Below, one piece after another: positions 15,512 through 25,684 of a stretch of 64,000 nucleotides of DNA. The first letter of the stretch is position 1. Every line of letters begins with the position of its first letter. This stretch comes from Spirochaetes bacterium GWF1_51_8. Its GTDB lineage: Bacteria > Spirochaetota > Brevinematia > Brevinematales > GWF1-51-8. The translations under genes were made by a program, and so were the position numbers. The notes beneath the pieces were generated by a model. It was not told where the DNA came from and searched no databases. It worked only from the letters and a program-made list of their open reading frames with translations. Where the stretch lies: NCBI GenBank assembly GCA_001829415.1, contig MIBE01000006.1, forward strand, positions 52,300-116,299, given 5' to 3'.

Positions 15512-18500
15512 TTAATCGATAGTTACTCCAAGGTAAAATGTCCTTCCGTCCTCGGAAGGATAAACCAGCCCCTTCTTCCATCTCACCCATAAAGCGTTCG
15601 TAGGATTCGAGTGATAGTCCGCGGAATTGTATCCCTGGTTGGGGCTGGTGTTCGATGAAAACTGGACTGTCCAGCCCGCCGCCGTTCCCATATAATTCGT
15701 GTAGTAATGCGTATTCAGCGGGACTTTATCGTAAAGCACCACATTGTAGGCCCGGCCGTTGGATAAGCTCGAGTAGCTGATCTGGTACAGCAAGAGCGCG
15801 CCCGGCAAGGCAAGGTTGGTGGACATCACCTGAATACTCTGCACCGTCTTCACAAGTGTCAGGTAAGGCACTCCGCAGATCTGGTATGACGTATTCGAGA
15901 CCGCACCGTCCACCGGCCCGTCGTTCCAGCTCGCGAGCTGGATACCCGTATTGAACGTATGCGAGTACGGCGCGGGGTTAGCGGGCGTGAGGCCTTCTAT
16001 CGCCAGCTTCACTGTATTGCCGTCCAGTACCCCCGCGAGGATGTCCGCAGTGATAAAGAAACGCCATTTTGTCACAGCGCCCGTGTTCGGAACGGGGGTC
16101 GATCCGCTCCATGACCAGCGGTAACTGCCGAGGTAGACGAATGTCCCGACCAGCGCTTCATCGCCGTCATACCCGGAACTCGCGCTATCCTTCCATAGCT
16201 TAAGCGTTATATCAGTATCGATAGCCGTGCCGTTATTTTTAATAGTAATCATCTGAAGGGTATCGGCCGAGCCGTTATTGTTCGGAATGTAGAAATCGAG
16301 GATGAGGTTGTTCGTCGTACCGATATCGAGGCTGTAGTTCGAGATGTTCAGCAGGTTCATCTCGATAAAACGGAATCCGTTGAGGTAGCCCGGCGTACCG
16401 TGTTTGGCCGACGAGGCCTGATAGTTCGCCGGAAGATGCGTCCCCCACGGGTCGATAATCTCGACGGTATTTGAGAGAGCAGTATAGCTGTTGGTAAAAT
16501 CGATGATCGCGATGATGGTGGTGTTCTCCCGAATAATGCAGGGCGTATCGGCTGTCACCAGCCCGTTGGCTCCGATCTTCGTGTCGGCAGAGGTCATGAC
16601 GGGCGCGGACTGGTTTTCGGTATAAAAGTTCGTGAAAGCCTGTACTGTCGTCCCGCCGCCCGCGATCAGAAGGAATTGACCCGCTCCGAACGAGCTTTCC
16701 CGGTAGAATGCGAGATTGTCGTTCCCCTGCACGGTCGAGATATTCCATCCCGACGGCGTGACACTCGCGGAAGAGTTATTATAGATTTCGATAAATTGGT
16801 AGAGGTAATCGTTAGCGCCCGCCCATCCGCCGTCGGTGAACTCGTTCACCGTAAAATAACCGGACTTGACAGTCTGCGCCGCGGAATTGGTCAACGCGCC
16901 GTCCTTCGGCCCGGTAGCCTCGGGGTATGTCGACTGCATGATGATACTGTCCGCGAGGATGTAGGGCTTGATCGTCTGCGCGGCGGCCGCGTTAGTCGCG
17001 AGTTTGAGCGAGAAGTAAAGGGTCATTTTCCCGCCGTAGGGGGAATTGGCGATCAGGTTATTGGCAAGGTTCGAGAACACAAACCCGTTGACTGTATTGG
17101 AATAGACACCCGTCCCGAGCAGGAGATTGTTGGTGGCCGAATTGTTGCGCCAGCCGTAGTTGAATTGCCCCGCGCCGTTATCGTTCCAGAGCTTGGCTTC
17201 GAGGATGTTATTGACAGTTATAGTACCGCCGAGGCAGATTACGATGTTCGAGAGGCGGTCTCCTGCGGTCAACGTATCGTTCTCGGGGTCGGGAAGCTCA
17301 ATCTGATATGCGAGAATGATCGAACCCGCGTATCCGCCGGCGCTCTGGCTGATATTGCTGAGGTTCTGCAAAATGACAAACTTGTTGCCCCATTTCGGGG
17401 TCGCGGAATGGTCGACAGTCCAGTCCGAAGCGAGGTTGTTGTCGTCGCCGTCGGGTAGAAGGACAAGCGAGGAATTCGATGTACAGTTCGCTATCGAGGC
17501 GAACGCGCCCGATGTCCAAATCCCCGCCGTCACGGCAAGGTCGTCGCCGGCTCCGGCGTCGGCGCCGTAAGCTATAAAGTCAAGCAGTGTGTATTGGTTC
17601 TCCATTGTGGAGGAACAGTACAGTCCGATTTCGTCCTGCGATACCGATAGCATCCCCGCGCCCCATTCGCCGTAAAGAATGCCGCGTCCGTCCGTGAAGT
17701 TCAGGTCGTTTACGCCCGCGCCGTCCCGGAGCACGATATAATTCGACGACGGCAGGACGACCGTATTCGTGATCTTGTACATCGGGTACGCGCCGTCGTA
17801 ATCGTGGATCGCCCAGCCGTTCAGGTAGATAGGGCCGCTCTCACGGTTGAACAGTTCGATCCATTGGCCGTCGTTATTCGCGCCGGAAGGGTCGAACATG
17901 ACCTCGTTCACGACGACATCCGGGCGGTAGATCACGATCCATCCGCTCGTCCCGGTGATATTGGTGAACTGCGCGTCGCGAATAATGAGCTTGTTCGAGC
18001 CGAGGTAGTTGATGACGACGAAGTTCGTGGCGACGCCGTTCTTCCACGGGGTGTTCGATACGATGACCGAAGCGCCGCCGGAGAAGGTCTGCGGGATGAT
18101 TGCCCGGCTGAAGTCGTAGACCGTGCCGCCCAACGGCGCGAGCGCCTTGACTACCACTGGGAACGGCATTCCCGCGAGTGCGGACGAGGGGCAGGTCACT
18201 TGAAACCTGCTTTCTATGATGCGTCCGTTCGTGTTGAAATAAATATCCATATAGACGTTATTCTCGCCGTCGGAAAACTCGTCAGCGGCTGAAACGTTAT
18301 TTGTGGAAACGCAGTCGAGGAAATTGACCGCGCCGCCTACCTGCTGGAGGTTGTATATCCCGAGCCCGTCCACCACACGTCCGGTATCGACAACGATCCG
18401 GAGAGTCTCGGGTATTCCCGAAAAGCCGAGTTCTTCCCACGGGATGGCGATTTCACCGAGACCGGGATTGGCGGTGTGGGTGATCCAGTTCTCGCCGCAT

Positions 18501-20878
18501 TCGTGGAAGTTCGTTGTTACTCCGGTAACCGTGTAGTATCCGGTTCCATCGACATTCGCGATGATCTCCATTTCCCAACGGGATGCGGCGGGCGTCCCCA
18601 CTTCGCTCTCGACCATCTTGTTCACGCCCGAGCCGGATACCTTGTTGGTATCGATAGCGACGCTGATATATGGACGGGGTGAGTCGTAGGTGACGTCGTC
18701 GGAGAGGTCGGGTACGGTGAACATGAAGAAGAGGCATTTATCGTTCGCGGTCACACCGAACTTCAGTAGATCGAGATGGTCGTAGGGTAAGGCGTCGCCC
18801 GTGCTGAAGGCGTCGTTGGTCTTATCGTTCCACATCCATTGCCCGTTCGTGATAAAGTCGGTATTAACACCGCCGACCGCGGTGTTCCATTCGCTGAGAC
18901 TGCCGTCGAGCTTGATGTACGACGGGTTGACTCTAAACGAGTTCGTATCCGACCACGGCCCCCAGATAATACCGTCGGAGGCGCGTACCGACCAGTAGTA
19001 GGTGACGTTGTTCTGGAGATAGTTCGTGAACGGGGTCAGGAAGTTGGACGCTGTGGAGACGATGGTATAATTGAATAACGGCGACGCAAGCGAAGCGTTC
19101 GGCGATACGATGATCTGGTAATTGGTGACGGAGTTTCCGTCGGGATCGGACACCGGCGCCCATTTGTAACGGGGCTTGAGCAGATAGAAGTTCATGTCGC
19201 CGTTCGCAGGTATGGTCAAAACGGGTTTCGCCGGCGGATTGTTCGCTTTTACGATCACGGTATTAGTCGCCGAGTATTTCAGGTTCCGGGTGTCGTACGC
19301 GATGGTATAAAAATGGTTCGTACCGGGTTTCAGGATTCCGGCGGAGATGGAAAGGGTATAGTTGGTGTTGTAGTTCGTGACATAAACCGTTCCGTAAAGG
19401 GCGTTATAGTTCGTGTAGAATTCGACCTTATAGATGCCGATCTTGTCTATCGCTTTATTAGTCAGGATGATAGAATAGTTGGAATAGACCGTCTGGTTAT
19501 TCGCCGGGTAGAGAAGCACATTCGAGATCGGGGGGACCGGATCGAACGACTTATACGGCGTAGACCATGGGGTTTTGCTCATTTTCCATATATTCGTTTT
19601 GAATGAAATGAAATTGGACGGGTTAGCCTTAAAGCCGTCTGTCAGGGTGTTATTGGGAATTGCGCCGTAAGTCCATTCGGTGCCGCCCGCCTGATTCACC
19701 ATCTGGAGATAGACATCCAGATAGGCGGGGTTTTTCAGGCCGGACTTACTGACCCTGAACTCGATAAAATTCCCTGTTCGGAAAAGGTCTGTCAAGGTGA
19801 TAATTGTAAAAGGCGAGTTCCAGTTCCACGCGGAACCGTTCCATGACGCGCTGTTCCATGTGTAGTTATTGATGAAGTTAAACACATAGTCCGCGCGGAA
19901 CGGGAGTACGTGGAGCTGGTTGTTGTATTTTACCCCGTATGCAGAACCTGTGTTCGTGTTGGTCGATATGTAGACCACGAGAACGCAGTCCGCCGAGGCG
20001 TCATGGGCGATGTCCGCGCCCTTATACCCGATATAGAAATAGCTGTTATCCCACGTAATCCAGTTCGAGTAGCCTGACGATGCGGAAGTGGTCACGATGC
20101 ATTCGTTAGTGTAGAAGTCGTTGTTTCCGTCGATCACGATTGTGTGCCATGTTGTTTTCGGAACGGTGTAGGAATAGTTTGCGGCGCCGTTATTGTTGAT
20201 ACTGATACACAGAAGGTCTGGGTTGGCGGCGAGATCGCCGGAACTCGCGGATGTGGTCAGAGCGTAGTAACGGACGACGGTTCCGCCGGGCATGGCTGGG
20301 ATCACCGCGGAGTAGGCGGTTCCGGAGCCGGATGCCTGCACGAATGACGATGACGTCCAGTTGTTGGTCGTATAACGGACGTAAACCGCTTCCTCGGCGC
20401 ATTTCGAGCCGGAGAGCGTGAGATTGATCGAGACGTTCGATTGCGGAAGGACTGTGCCCGCCGAGACGGCGGAAATAGTGATCGGACTTGCGGAAATGGT
20501 CATAATACCGAAATCGCCGGTTCCGTTAGTAGGCGATACGAAAATCAGGTAGCTCTTCACCTGCGAGTAATTTGCCCCGTCGAACCGGGCATTGGCGCCG
20601 CCCGCGCCGATTGTCCACACCACGTTCATATTCGCGCTTCCGGGCACCCAGAATCCGTTACACCATTTTGTAGCATAAGATGAAGTTTGCCCGATCAGAA
20701 ACTCATTGCCTTGAGACACGCCTGTGAAAACATTCCGGCAATATCCCGGCGGCGAATTGGCAGTCGTGAAATCGACGCTCGACCAGCCGTTATACGCGCC
20801 CATCATACAAACGGCATAGGTTATCGAAACGGAACAAGCCGCAATCAGCAGAGAAAGAATAATCTTCCTAATTCGCAA
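15512..20878 (-). CDS. 1788-aa giant surface (lipo)protein with FN3-like, two lamin-tail (LTD) and C-terminal DUF11-like domains
   Basis: TTG start after GGGGG, signal peptide with possible lipobox LLIAAC. LTD patterns VVVNEVMFDPSGANNDGQWIELFNRESGPIYLNGWAI and FTVNEFTDGGWAGANDYLYQFIEIYNNSSASVTPSGWNI. FN3-like PPAKPVLTIPANG...YYWSVRASDG. DUF11-like LTLVKTVQS...PGALLLYQISYSSLSNGRAYNVVLYDKVP. Confidence 0.9.
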   Translation of the reverse strand: MRIRKIILSLLIAACSVSITYAVCMMGAYNGWSSVDFTTANSPPGYCRNVFTGVSQGNEFLIGQTSSYATKWCNGFWVPGSANMNVVWTIGAGGANARFDGANYSQVKSYLIFVSPTNGTGDFGIMTISASPITISAVSAGTVLPQSNVSINLTLSGSKCAEEAVYVRYTTNNWTSSSFVQASGSGTAYSAVIPAMPGGTVVRYYALTTSASSGDLAANPDLLCISINNNGAANYSYTVPKTTWHTIVIDGNNDFYTNECIVTTSASSGYSNWITWDNSYFYIGYKGADIAHDASADCVLVVYISTNTNTGSAYGVKYNNQLHVLPFRADYVFNFINNYTWNSASWNGSAWNWNSPFTIITLTDLFRTGNFIEFRVSKSGLKNPAYLDVYLQMVNQAGGTEWTYGAIPNNTLTDGFKANPSNFISFKTNIWKMSKTPWSTPYKSFDPVPPISNVLLYPANNQTVYSNYSIILTNKAIDKIGIYKVEFYTNYNALYGTVYVTNYNTNYTLSISAGILKPGTNHFYTIAYDTRNLKYSATNTVIVKANNPPAKPVLTIPANGDMNFYLLKPRYKWAPVSDPDGNSVTNYQIIVSPNASLASPLFNYTIVSTASNFLTPFTNYLQNNVTYYWSVRASDGIIWGPWSDTNSFRVNPSYIKLDGSLSEWNTAVGGVNTDFITNGQWMWNDKTNDAFSTGDALPYDHLDLLKFGVTANDKCLFFMFTVPDLSDDVTYDSPRPYISVAIDTNKVSGSGVNKMVESEVGTPAASRWEMEIIANVDGTGYYTVTGVTTNFHECGENWITHTANPGLGEIAIPWEELGFSGIPETLRIVVDTGRVVDGLGIYNLQQVGGAVNFLDCVSTNNVSAADEFSDGENNVYMDIYFNTNGRIIESRFQVTCPSSALAGMPFPVVVKALAPLGGTVYDFSRAIIPQTFSGGASVIVSNTPWKNGVATNFVVINYLGSNKLIIRDAQFTNITGTSGWIVIYRPDVVVNEVMFDPSGANNDGQWIELFNRESGPIYLNGWAIHDYDGAYPMYKITNTVVLPSSNYIVLRDGAGVNDLNFTDGRGILYGEWGAGMLSVSQDEIGLYCSSTMENQYTLLDFIAYGADAGAGDDLAVTAGIWTSGAFASIANCTSNSSLVLLPDGDDNNLASDWTVDHSATPKWGNKFVILQNLSNISQSAGGYAGSIILAYQIELPDPENDTLTAGDRLSNIVICLGGTITVNNILEAKLWNDNGAGQFNYGWRNNSATNNLLLGTGVYSNTVNGFVFSNLANNLIANSPYGGKMTLYFSLKLATNAAAAQTIKPYILADSIIMQSTYPEATGPKDGALTNSAAQTVKSGYFTVNEFTDGGWAGANDYLYQFIEIYNNSSASVTPSGWNISTVQGNDNLAFYRESSFGAGQFLLIAGGGTTVQAFTNFYTENQSAPVMTSADTKIGANGLVTADTPCIIRENTTIIAIIDFTNSYTALSNTVEIIDPWGTHLPANYQASSAKHGTPGYLNGFRFIEMNLLNISNYSLDIGTTNNLILDFYIPNNNGSADTLQMITIKNNGTAIDTDITLKLWKDSASSGYDGDEALVGTFVYLGSYRWSWSGSTPVPNTGAVTKWRFFITADILAGVLDGNTVKLAIEGLTPANPAPYSHTFNTGIQLASWNDGPVDGAVSNTSYQICGVPYLTLVKTVQSIQVMSTNLALPGALLLYQISYSSLSNGRAYNVVLYDKVPLNTHYYTNYMGTAAGWTVQFSSNTSPNQGYNSADYHSNPTNALWVRWKKGLVYPSEDGRTFYLGVTID

Positions 20879-21117
20879 AAATTACCCCCGCTTTCAGGAA
20901 GAAGACAAAGTCTAAGTATAATAGTTTTTCATTGAGGCGAGATAAACCGGATGGCATATTTATTGATTATATTTATACTTAACATATTACCCCAAAAGAT
21001 ATTATACCTTTAAAATCTATACTTTTCAAGCATGATTCTATTATATTTTCGTCATTTGGTTGCGATTCTCTTGAATTCTAAATAAAATATATGTTATTCT
21101 GATTGAAGGAGATAAAT

Positions 21118-22377
21118 GTGCGCGAAAAGGCCCTGGAATACCACCGGAACAACGGTATCGGTAACGGAAAGATCGAGACTATCCCGAAGGTTTCCGTGAA
21201 GTCAAGGGAGGAGCTTTCCCTCGCCTACACTCCCGGCGTGGCCGTCCCGTGCCTCGAGATAGCCGGTAATGAGGAAAAAGTATACGATTACACGATAAAG
21301 GGCAATACCGTACTTGTGGTGAGCGACGGATCGGCGGTGCTGGGCCTCGGGAATATCGGGTGCCGGGGTTCCATTCCGGTGATGGAGGGTAAGGCGCTCC
21401 TGTTCCGGATTTTCGGCGGAGTGGACGCGTATCCGATCGTCCTCGACTCTCAGGATACCGAAACGATCATCAGGACTGTCGAACTGATCTCGCCGATAGC
21501 GGGCGGGATCAACCTCGAGGATATCTCAGCCCCCCGCTGTTTCGAGATCGAGGACAGGCTGACCGAAAACCTCAACATCCCGATCTTTCACGACGACCAG
21601 CACGGAACGGCTGTCGTGTCGCTCGCGGGTTTGATGAACGCGCTGAAGATTGTCGGGAAAAAGATCGATGAGATAAAAGTCGTAGTGAACGGAAGCGGCG
21701 CGGCTGGGATAGCGTGCACGAAGCTGATGCTGTACGCGGGCGCGAAAAACGTCATCCTCTGCGACACCAAGGGCGCGATTTACACAGGCCGGACACAGAA
21801 TATGAACTCCATGAAGGACGAGATCGCCCGTTCGACCAATCCGTCGAATGAAAAAGGCCTGCTCGGCGATGTGATCAAGGGCGCCGACGTGTTCCTCGGG
21901 CTTTCCGCGAAGGGCGCGTTAACTGGCGAAATGGTAAAGACGATGGCGCCGAAAGCGATTGTGTTCGCGATGGCGAATCCCGACCCTGAAATTCTTCCCG
22001 ACGGGGCTTTAGCCTCGGGGGCAGCGGTGGTCGCCACCGGAAGAAGCGATTTCCCGAACCAGGTCAATAACTGCCTCGGATTCCCGGCGATATTCCGCGG
22101 TCTGCTCGATGTCCGCGCGAAACGCGTGACCGAAGAGATGAAGCGCGCGGCGGCGCTTGCCATAGCCGGACGGATCACGCCCAACGACCTCGATCAGGGC
22201 GTCATCATCCCGTCGGTGTACGATTTCGATGTGTTCGCTTACGAGGCGGAAGCGGTGGGGCAGCAGGCGGTCGAGGACGGAGTCGCGAGGATCAATCTTG
22301 AAAAAGGGGTTATTTTTAATAATATGATGAACATCCTCGAGGAAAACAAGCGGAGGTTCTTCGGTGAAAACGTTTAA
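21118..22377 (+). CDS. NAD(P)-dependent malic enzyme (oxaloacetate-decarboxylating malate dehydrogenase)
   Basis: [53 protein letters not shown] and [11 protein letters not shown] are hallmark malic-enzyme motifs. GTG at 21118, 7 nt after AAGGAG, is preferred over the TTG at 21103. Confidence 0.95.
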   Translation: MREKALEYHRNNGIGNGKIETIPKVSVKSREELSLAYTPGVAVPCLEIAGNEEKVYDYTIKGNTVLVVSDGSAVLGLGNIGCRGSIPVMEGKALLFRIFGGVDAYPIVLDSQDTETIIRTVELISPIAGGINLEDISAPRCFEIEDRLTENLNIPIFHDDQHGTAVVSLAGLMNALKIVGKKIDEIKVVVNGSGAAGIACTKLMLYAGAKNVILCDTKGAIYTGRTQNMNSMKDEIARSTNPSNEKGLLGDVIKGADVFLGLSAKGALTGEMVKTMAPKAIVFAMANPDPEILPDGALASGAAVVATGRSDFPNQVNNCLGFPAIFRGLLDVRAKRVTEEMKRAAALAIAGRITPNDLDQGVIIPSVYDFDVFAYEAEAVGQQAVEDGVARINLEKGVIFNNMMNILEENKRRFFGENV

Positions 22378-23161
22378 TAAAAAGGAATTGACCGAGGCTA
22401 AGGAATCTTTCCTCAAGCAGTACTCCGAGCCGGTTAAATGGGCGGCGGTAATGGGGTCGGGGCTTTCGGGCGTGTTCGACGATTTCAAGATCGTCAAACG
22501 TATCCCGTTCTCCTCGATAGCGCATATGCCGGTCTCCGGCGTGCAGGGGCATCCGGGCGAGTTTGTGGTCGCGGAGCATAACGGCAATACGGTGCTCGCC
22601 CAGCTCGGACGGGTACATCTCTACGAAGGCTACTCCGCCTACGAAGTGAGTTTCTCAATCGGCCTGTTCGGGGAACTGGGGATCAAGAACGTGCTCCTGA
22701 CTAACGCCGCCGGCGGGATAGCAGACGCCCTTAATGTGGGCGAATTGATGGTGATCGAGGACCATATCAATCTTCAGGCCGGGAGTCCGTTGACAACGGT
22801 ACAGGGCTCGGAGAAGTTTCTCGATATGTCCGAAACGTACGCGCCGGAACTGGTTTCCGAGCTGTCGCACCGTTTCAGGCTCGCGCGGGGTGTCTATGCC
22901 GCGGTACGCGGGCCCCATTTCGAAACCCCCGCCGAGATCCGTTACCTGCGGACTATCGGGACGGACGCGATCGGGATGTCCACTGTGATGGAAGCGATCA
23001 TGGCGCGGTTCTACGGGCTCAGGATCGCCGGGGTATCGCTGATTACCAACAAGGGGGCCGGGCTGATCAAACAGGTGCTCGACCACTCTGACGTAATGGA
23101 AGCGGCGAAAATCGGTAAAGACAATATGACAAAGGTGATCAAATTCCTGATTACGATATGA
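22364..23161 (+). CDS. punA: purine nucleoside phosphorylase (PNP/MTAP family, PunA-type)
   Basis: GHPGEFVV...LGRVHLYEGY, LLTNAAGGI, GPHFETPAEIRYLRTIGTDAIGMSTV and LITNKGAG. Overlaps the malic enzyme stop by 14 nt. Confidence 0.9.
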   Translation: MKTFNKKELTEAKESFLKQYSEPVKWAAVMGSGLSGVFDDFKIVKRIPFSSIAHMPVSGVQGHPGEFVVAEHNGNTVLAQLGRVHLYEGYSAYEVSFSIGLFGELGIKNVLLTNAAGGIADALNVGELMVIEDHINLQAGSPLTTVQGSEKFLDMSETYAPELVSELSHRFRLARGVYAAVRGPHFETPAEIRYLRTIGTDAIGMSTVMEAIMARFYGLRIAGVSLITNKGAGLIKQVLDHSDVMEAAKIGKDNMTKVIKFLITI

Positions 23162-23168
23162 GGCTTTT

Positions 23169-23462
23169 ATGGTGATCGGACTATTGACCATTCAAATCGA
23201 CGTTCCATACTTCGAGACGATCAAGGAACGGCGCAACCTGATCCGGAGTATCAAGGATAAGATACGCAAGAAGTTCAATGTCAGTGTGGCGGAGATAGTC
23301 GAAGAAGACCATTTCGGGCAGAAGACATTGATCGCGGTCGTAGCGGTATCTAACGAGACGGACTATCTCAACAGCGTCCTCGCCAATGTTTACAACCTGG
23401 TGGAGCGATTCCACCCGGATATTATCCATTCCTATAAGACGGATTTCGTAACCTACGAATAA
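23169..23462 (+). CDS. DUF503-family small protein (YlxP-like)
   Basis: IGLLTIQIDVPYFETIKERRNLIRSIKDKIRKKFNVSVAEI matches the DUF503 pattern (SLKeKR...FNvsvaE). Last gene of the mae-punA operon. Confidence 0.85.
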   Translation: MVIGLLTIQIDVPYFETIKERRNLIRSIKDKIRKKFNVSVAEIVEEDHFGQKTLIAVVAVSNETDYLNSVLANVYNLVERFHPDIIHSYKTDFVTYE

Positions 23463-23469
23463 ATACAAG

Positions 23470-23498
23470 ACCCCTCCCAGTGGAGGGGTTTCTTGTTT
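23470..23498 (+). terminator. rho-independent terminator of the malic enzyme-punA-DUF503 operon
   Basis: ACCCCTCC (23470-23477) / GGAGGGGT (23482-23489), loop CAGT, followed by TTCTTGTTT. Confidence 0.85.
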
Positions 23499-23806
23499 GG
23501 ATATATTTAAGGGGGCTTTATTAAAGCACCTCCTCTTACGAGGAGGTGGAATCCCGGCCAAAGCCGAGAGATATATTGGGGGGTGTAATAGTAATCTAGC
23601 AAATAATGTGCCATAAACCATTAAATTCATATCTCAATATCTATCAATAATATACGAGCTACGTGAATTAAACATATGCCGGAAACTGCACAGCCGCGCG
23701 TGCGAACGGCACATAAATGCACAGTGGCATATGTGTACATAAGTTTTAATTATTCCGCTTTACCATTCCCCGCTTTTTCCGATAATACTATTGAGGAGGA
23801 ATCCGT

Positions 23807-24562
23807 ATGCGCAGTCGGCTTCTCTTATTGACTGTTTTCACTCTGTTTACTTCACGGTCGGTTTGGGGAATCACGGTCTATCTCCCGAAAACCGTGTACA
23901 CAGCGTCGCCCTATATCAGCCTCGCGGCGTTATGCCAGACCTCCATCGGAAGTAATTATATCATCCCGCTTACAAACAGTAAAGTTTTTTCCAATAAAGA
24001 ACTCGGGCAGTATTTTGTTCAGGCCGGGTATGACGATTTTACCCTGATCGGCGGGGGTGTGGAGGTGAAATACTTCCCGTACCTGTCGACCGCGAAGGAT
24101 ATCGCCGACGGTCTTCTGGCGTACTACCCGAACGCCTTGCCGTCGATCAAGCCCGAGTCGCTGCCGGGGAAGTACTTTATCCAGTCCTCGGATTATTCAT
24201 TAAGCGGGGGAAAAGTGTTGGCTTCGCTTCAATGCATCGATTTTTCATCGGGAATCGGGGTGCCGAAGACGCTCCTTCTGACATTCGGAATGAAGAATCC
24301 CTCTCCGGCAGTACAGCCAATGCCACTTGTCAACACCGGCCTTAATCTCCAGCCGGCGTTACCTGTCCCGGCGAACGCGGTTGTCGAGGATGAAGTATAT
24401 ATCGTGAAGATCGAAGACTATAAAGCGTTTCTCGCGTACAAGATGGGCGGGCTTACGATCATCGTCGAGGCGAGGATTATCCGGAAGCTCGACGAGACTT
24501 CCTATCTGGTCGAGAACGTCAATTCCGGGAAAATGCTGATCGTGAAAATGCTGACAAAATAG
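23807..24562 (+). CDS. flgA: flagellar basal-body P-ring formation protein FlgA (tentative)
   Basis: GAGGAGGA SD, signal peptide. C-terminal SAF-like pattern VVEDEVYIVKI...GGLTIIVEARIIRKLDETSYLVENVNSGKMLIVKM. Located 9 nt upstream of flgI. Confidence 0.6.
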   Translation: MRSRLLLLTVFTLFTSRSVWGITVYLPKTVYTASPYISLAALCQTSIGSNYIIPLTNSKVFSNKELGQYFVQAGYDDFTLIGGGVEVKYFPYLSTAKDIADGLLAYYPNALPSIKPESLPGKYFIQSSDYSLSGGKVLASLQCIDFSSGIGVPKTLLLTFGMKNPSPAVQPMPLVNTGLNLQPALPVPANAVVEDEVYIVKIEDYKAFLAYKMGGLTIIVEARIIRKLDETSYLVENVNSGKMLIVKMLTK

Positions 24563-24571
24563 GGGAACCGA

Positions 24572-25588
24572 ATGAAAAAGTCAATCCTGCTCTTTACCAT
24601 GTTCATGATAACGGGCTCAATCTGGGCGGAAAGCGTCCAGTTAAAGAATATTATTTCCATCGAGGGTCTCCAGATGAACCCGGTGCTCGGGTACGGAATC
24701 GTTGTGGGGCTGAAGGGAACTGGCGACAGTATGACCGGCTCGCAGACGAAAGAAGTCCTTTCGACCATCGCGAACAATTTCGGCTTTGTTGTCGATCCGG
24801 CGCTGTTGAAACCCAAGAACTCCGCGATAGTTCTTGTCACCGCGCAGATTCCGCCGTTCGCGCCTGTCGGCAGTCAGATCGATATCAATGTCGCATCGGT
24901 GTTCGACGCTAAATCGCTCGAGGGCGGCGAACTGATCGTCACCCCGTTACTCGGCGGCGACAACATGATCTACGCCATCGCGCAGGGCAGGCTGATTACC
25001 GATAAAGAGACGAAAAGCGTCAGCGGAACCGTCATCATGGGCGGGATCGTGCAGCAGGAAATCCATCACCAGATACTCGATACGAACGGGCAGATCACGA
25101 TCTATATCAACGAGAAACTTGGGCTCGGCGTAGTCAGTAAGGTGAAAGAAGCGGTGTTTAAAAAGTTCCCCGATTCGATAGTCAAGGTCCAGAATTTCAA
25201 GCTCAAGCTCAATATCCCGAACGGGCTCGAGGTCAACGACTTCATCTTTGAAATCAATAAACTCTCGGTCGATATCGAACAGGAACCGCGCGTCCTGATC
25301 GACTCCAAGAACGGGGTAATCGTTTCCGGCGGTAACGTCATCATCACCGAGGCCGCGATCTCGTTCAAGGGCACGAAGGTGCAGATCGGCGGCGCGAGTC
25401 CGGCATGGGGCGGAGCGGGCGCGGGCGGGGCGGCGTCCGAGACGGTAAAAGTGATGCAGACGAGCACCACGGTCGCACAGCTCGCCGATGGCTTGAACAA
25501 GCTCGGCGCGAGTACCGAGGAAATTATCACCATACTTCAGCTCTTGTACAAGAACGGCAACCTGAAGGCGCAGCTTGTTGTGCAGTAG
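24572..25588 (+). CDS. flgI: flagellar P-ring protein FlgI
   Basis: IEGLQMNPVLGYGIVVGLKGTGDS, VTAQIPPFAPVGSQIDINVASVFDAKSLEGGELIVTPL and C-terminal TVAQLADGLNKLGASTEEIITILQLLYKNGNLKAQLVV align by eye with E. coli FlgI. Confidence 0.95.
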   Translation: MKKSILLFTMFMITGSIWAESVQLKNIISIEGLQMNPVLGYGIVVGLKGTGDSMTGSQTKEVLSTIANNFGFVVDPALLKPKNSAIVLVTAQIPPFAPVGSQIDINVASVFDAKSLEGGELIVTPLLGGDNMIYAIAQGRLITDKETKSVSGTVIMGGIVQQEIHHQILDTNGQITIYINEKLGLGVVSKVKEAVFKKFPDSIVKVQNFKLKLNIPNGLEVNDFIFEINKLSVDIEQEPRVLIDSKNGVIVSGGNVIITEAAISFKGTKVQIGGASPAWGGAGAGGAASETVKVMQTSTTVAQLADGLNKLGASTEEIITILQLLYKNGNLKAQLVVQ

Positions 25589-25684
25589 AAGCCTTTGTGC
25601 GCGAGTACCGATGGGATTATAAAAACACTGATGCAGCATTACGAGGGATTGGTGATAAATTTAGGAAATGCCGGGAAATGAACA

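Noticed and set aside
20952-20966. Sigma54-like TGGCAT-N5-TTGA upstream of the malic enzyme gene
   Set aside because: The -12 element lacks the conserved GC (it reads GA). No enhancer-binding protein context is present, and a metabolic housekeeping gene is an unlikely sigma54 target.
23778-23785. Sigma28-like -10 box TCCGATAA about 20 nt upstream of flgA
   Set aside because: The expected TAAA -35 at 15-nt spacing is absent (the sequence there is CTTTA). It is kept only as a remark in the flgA-flgI finding.
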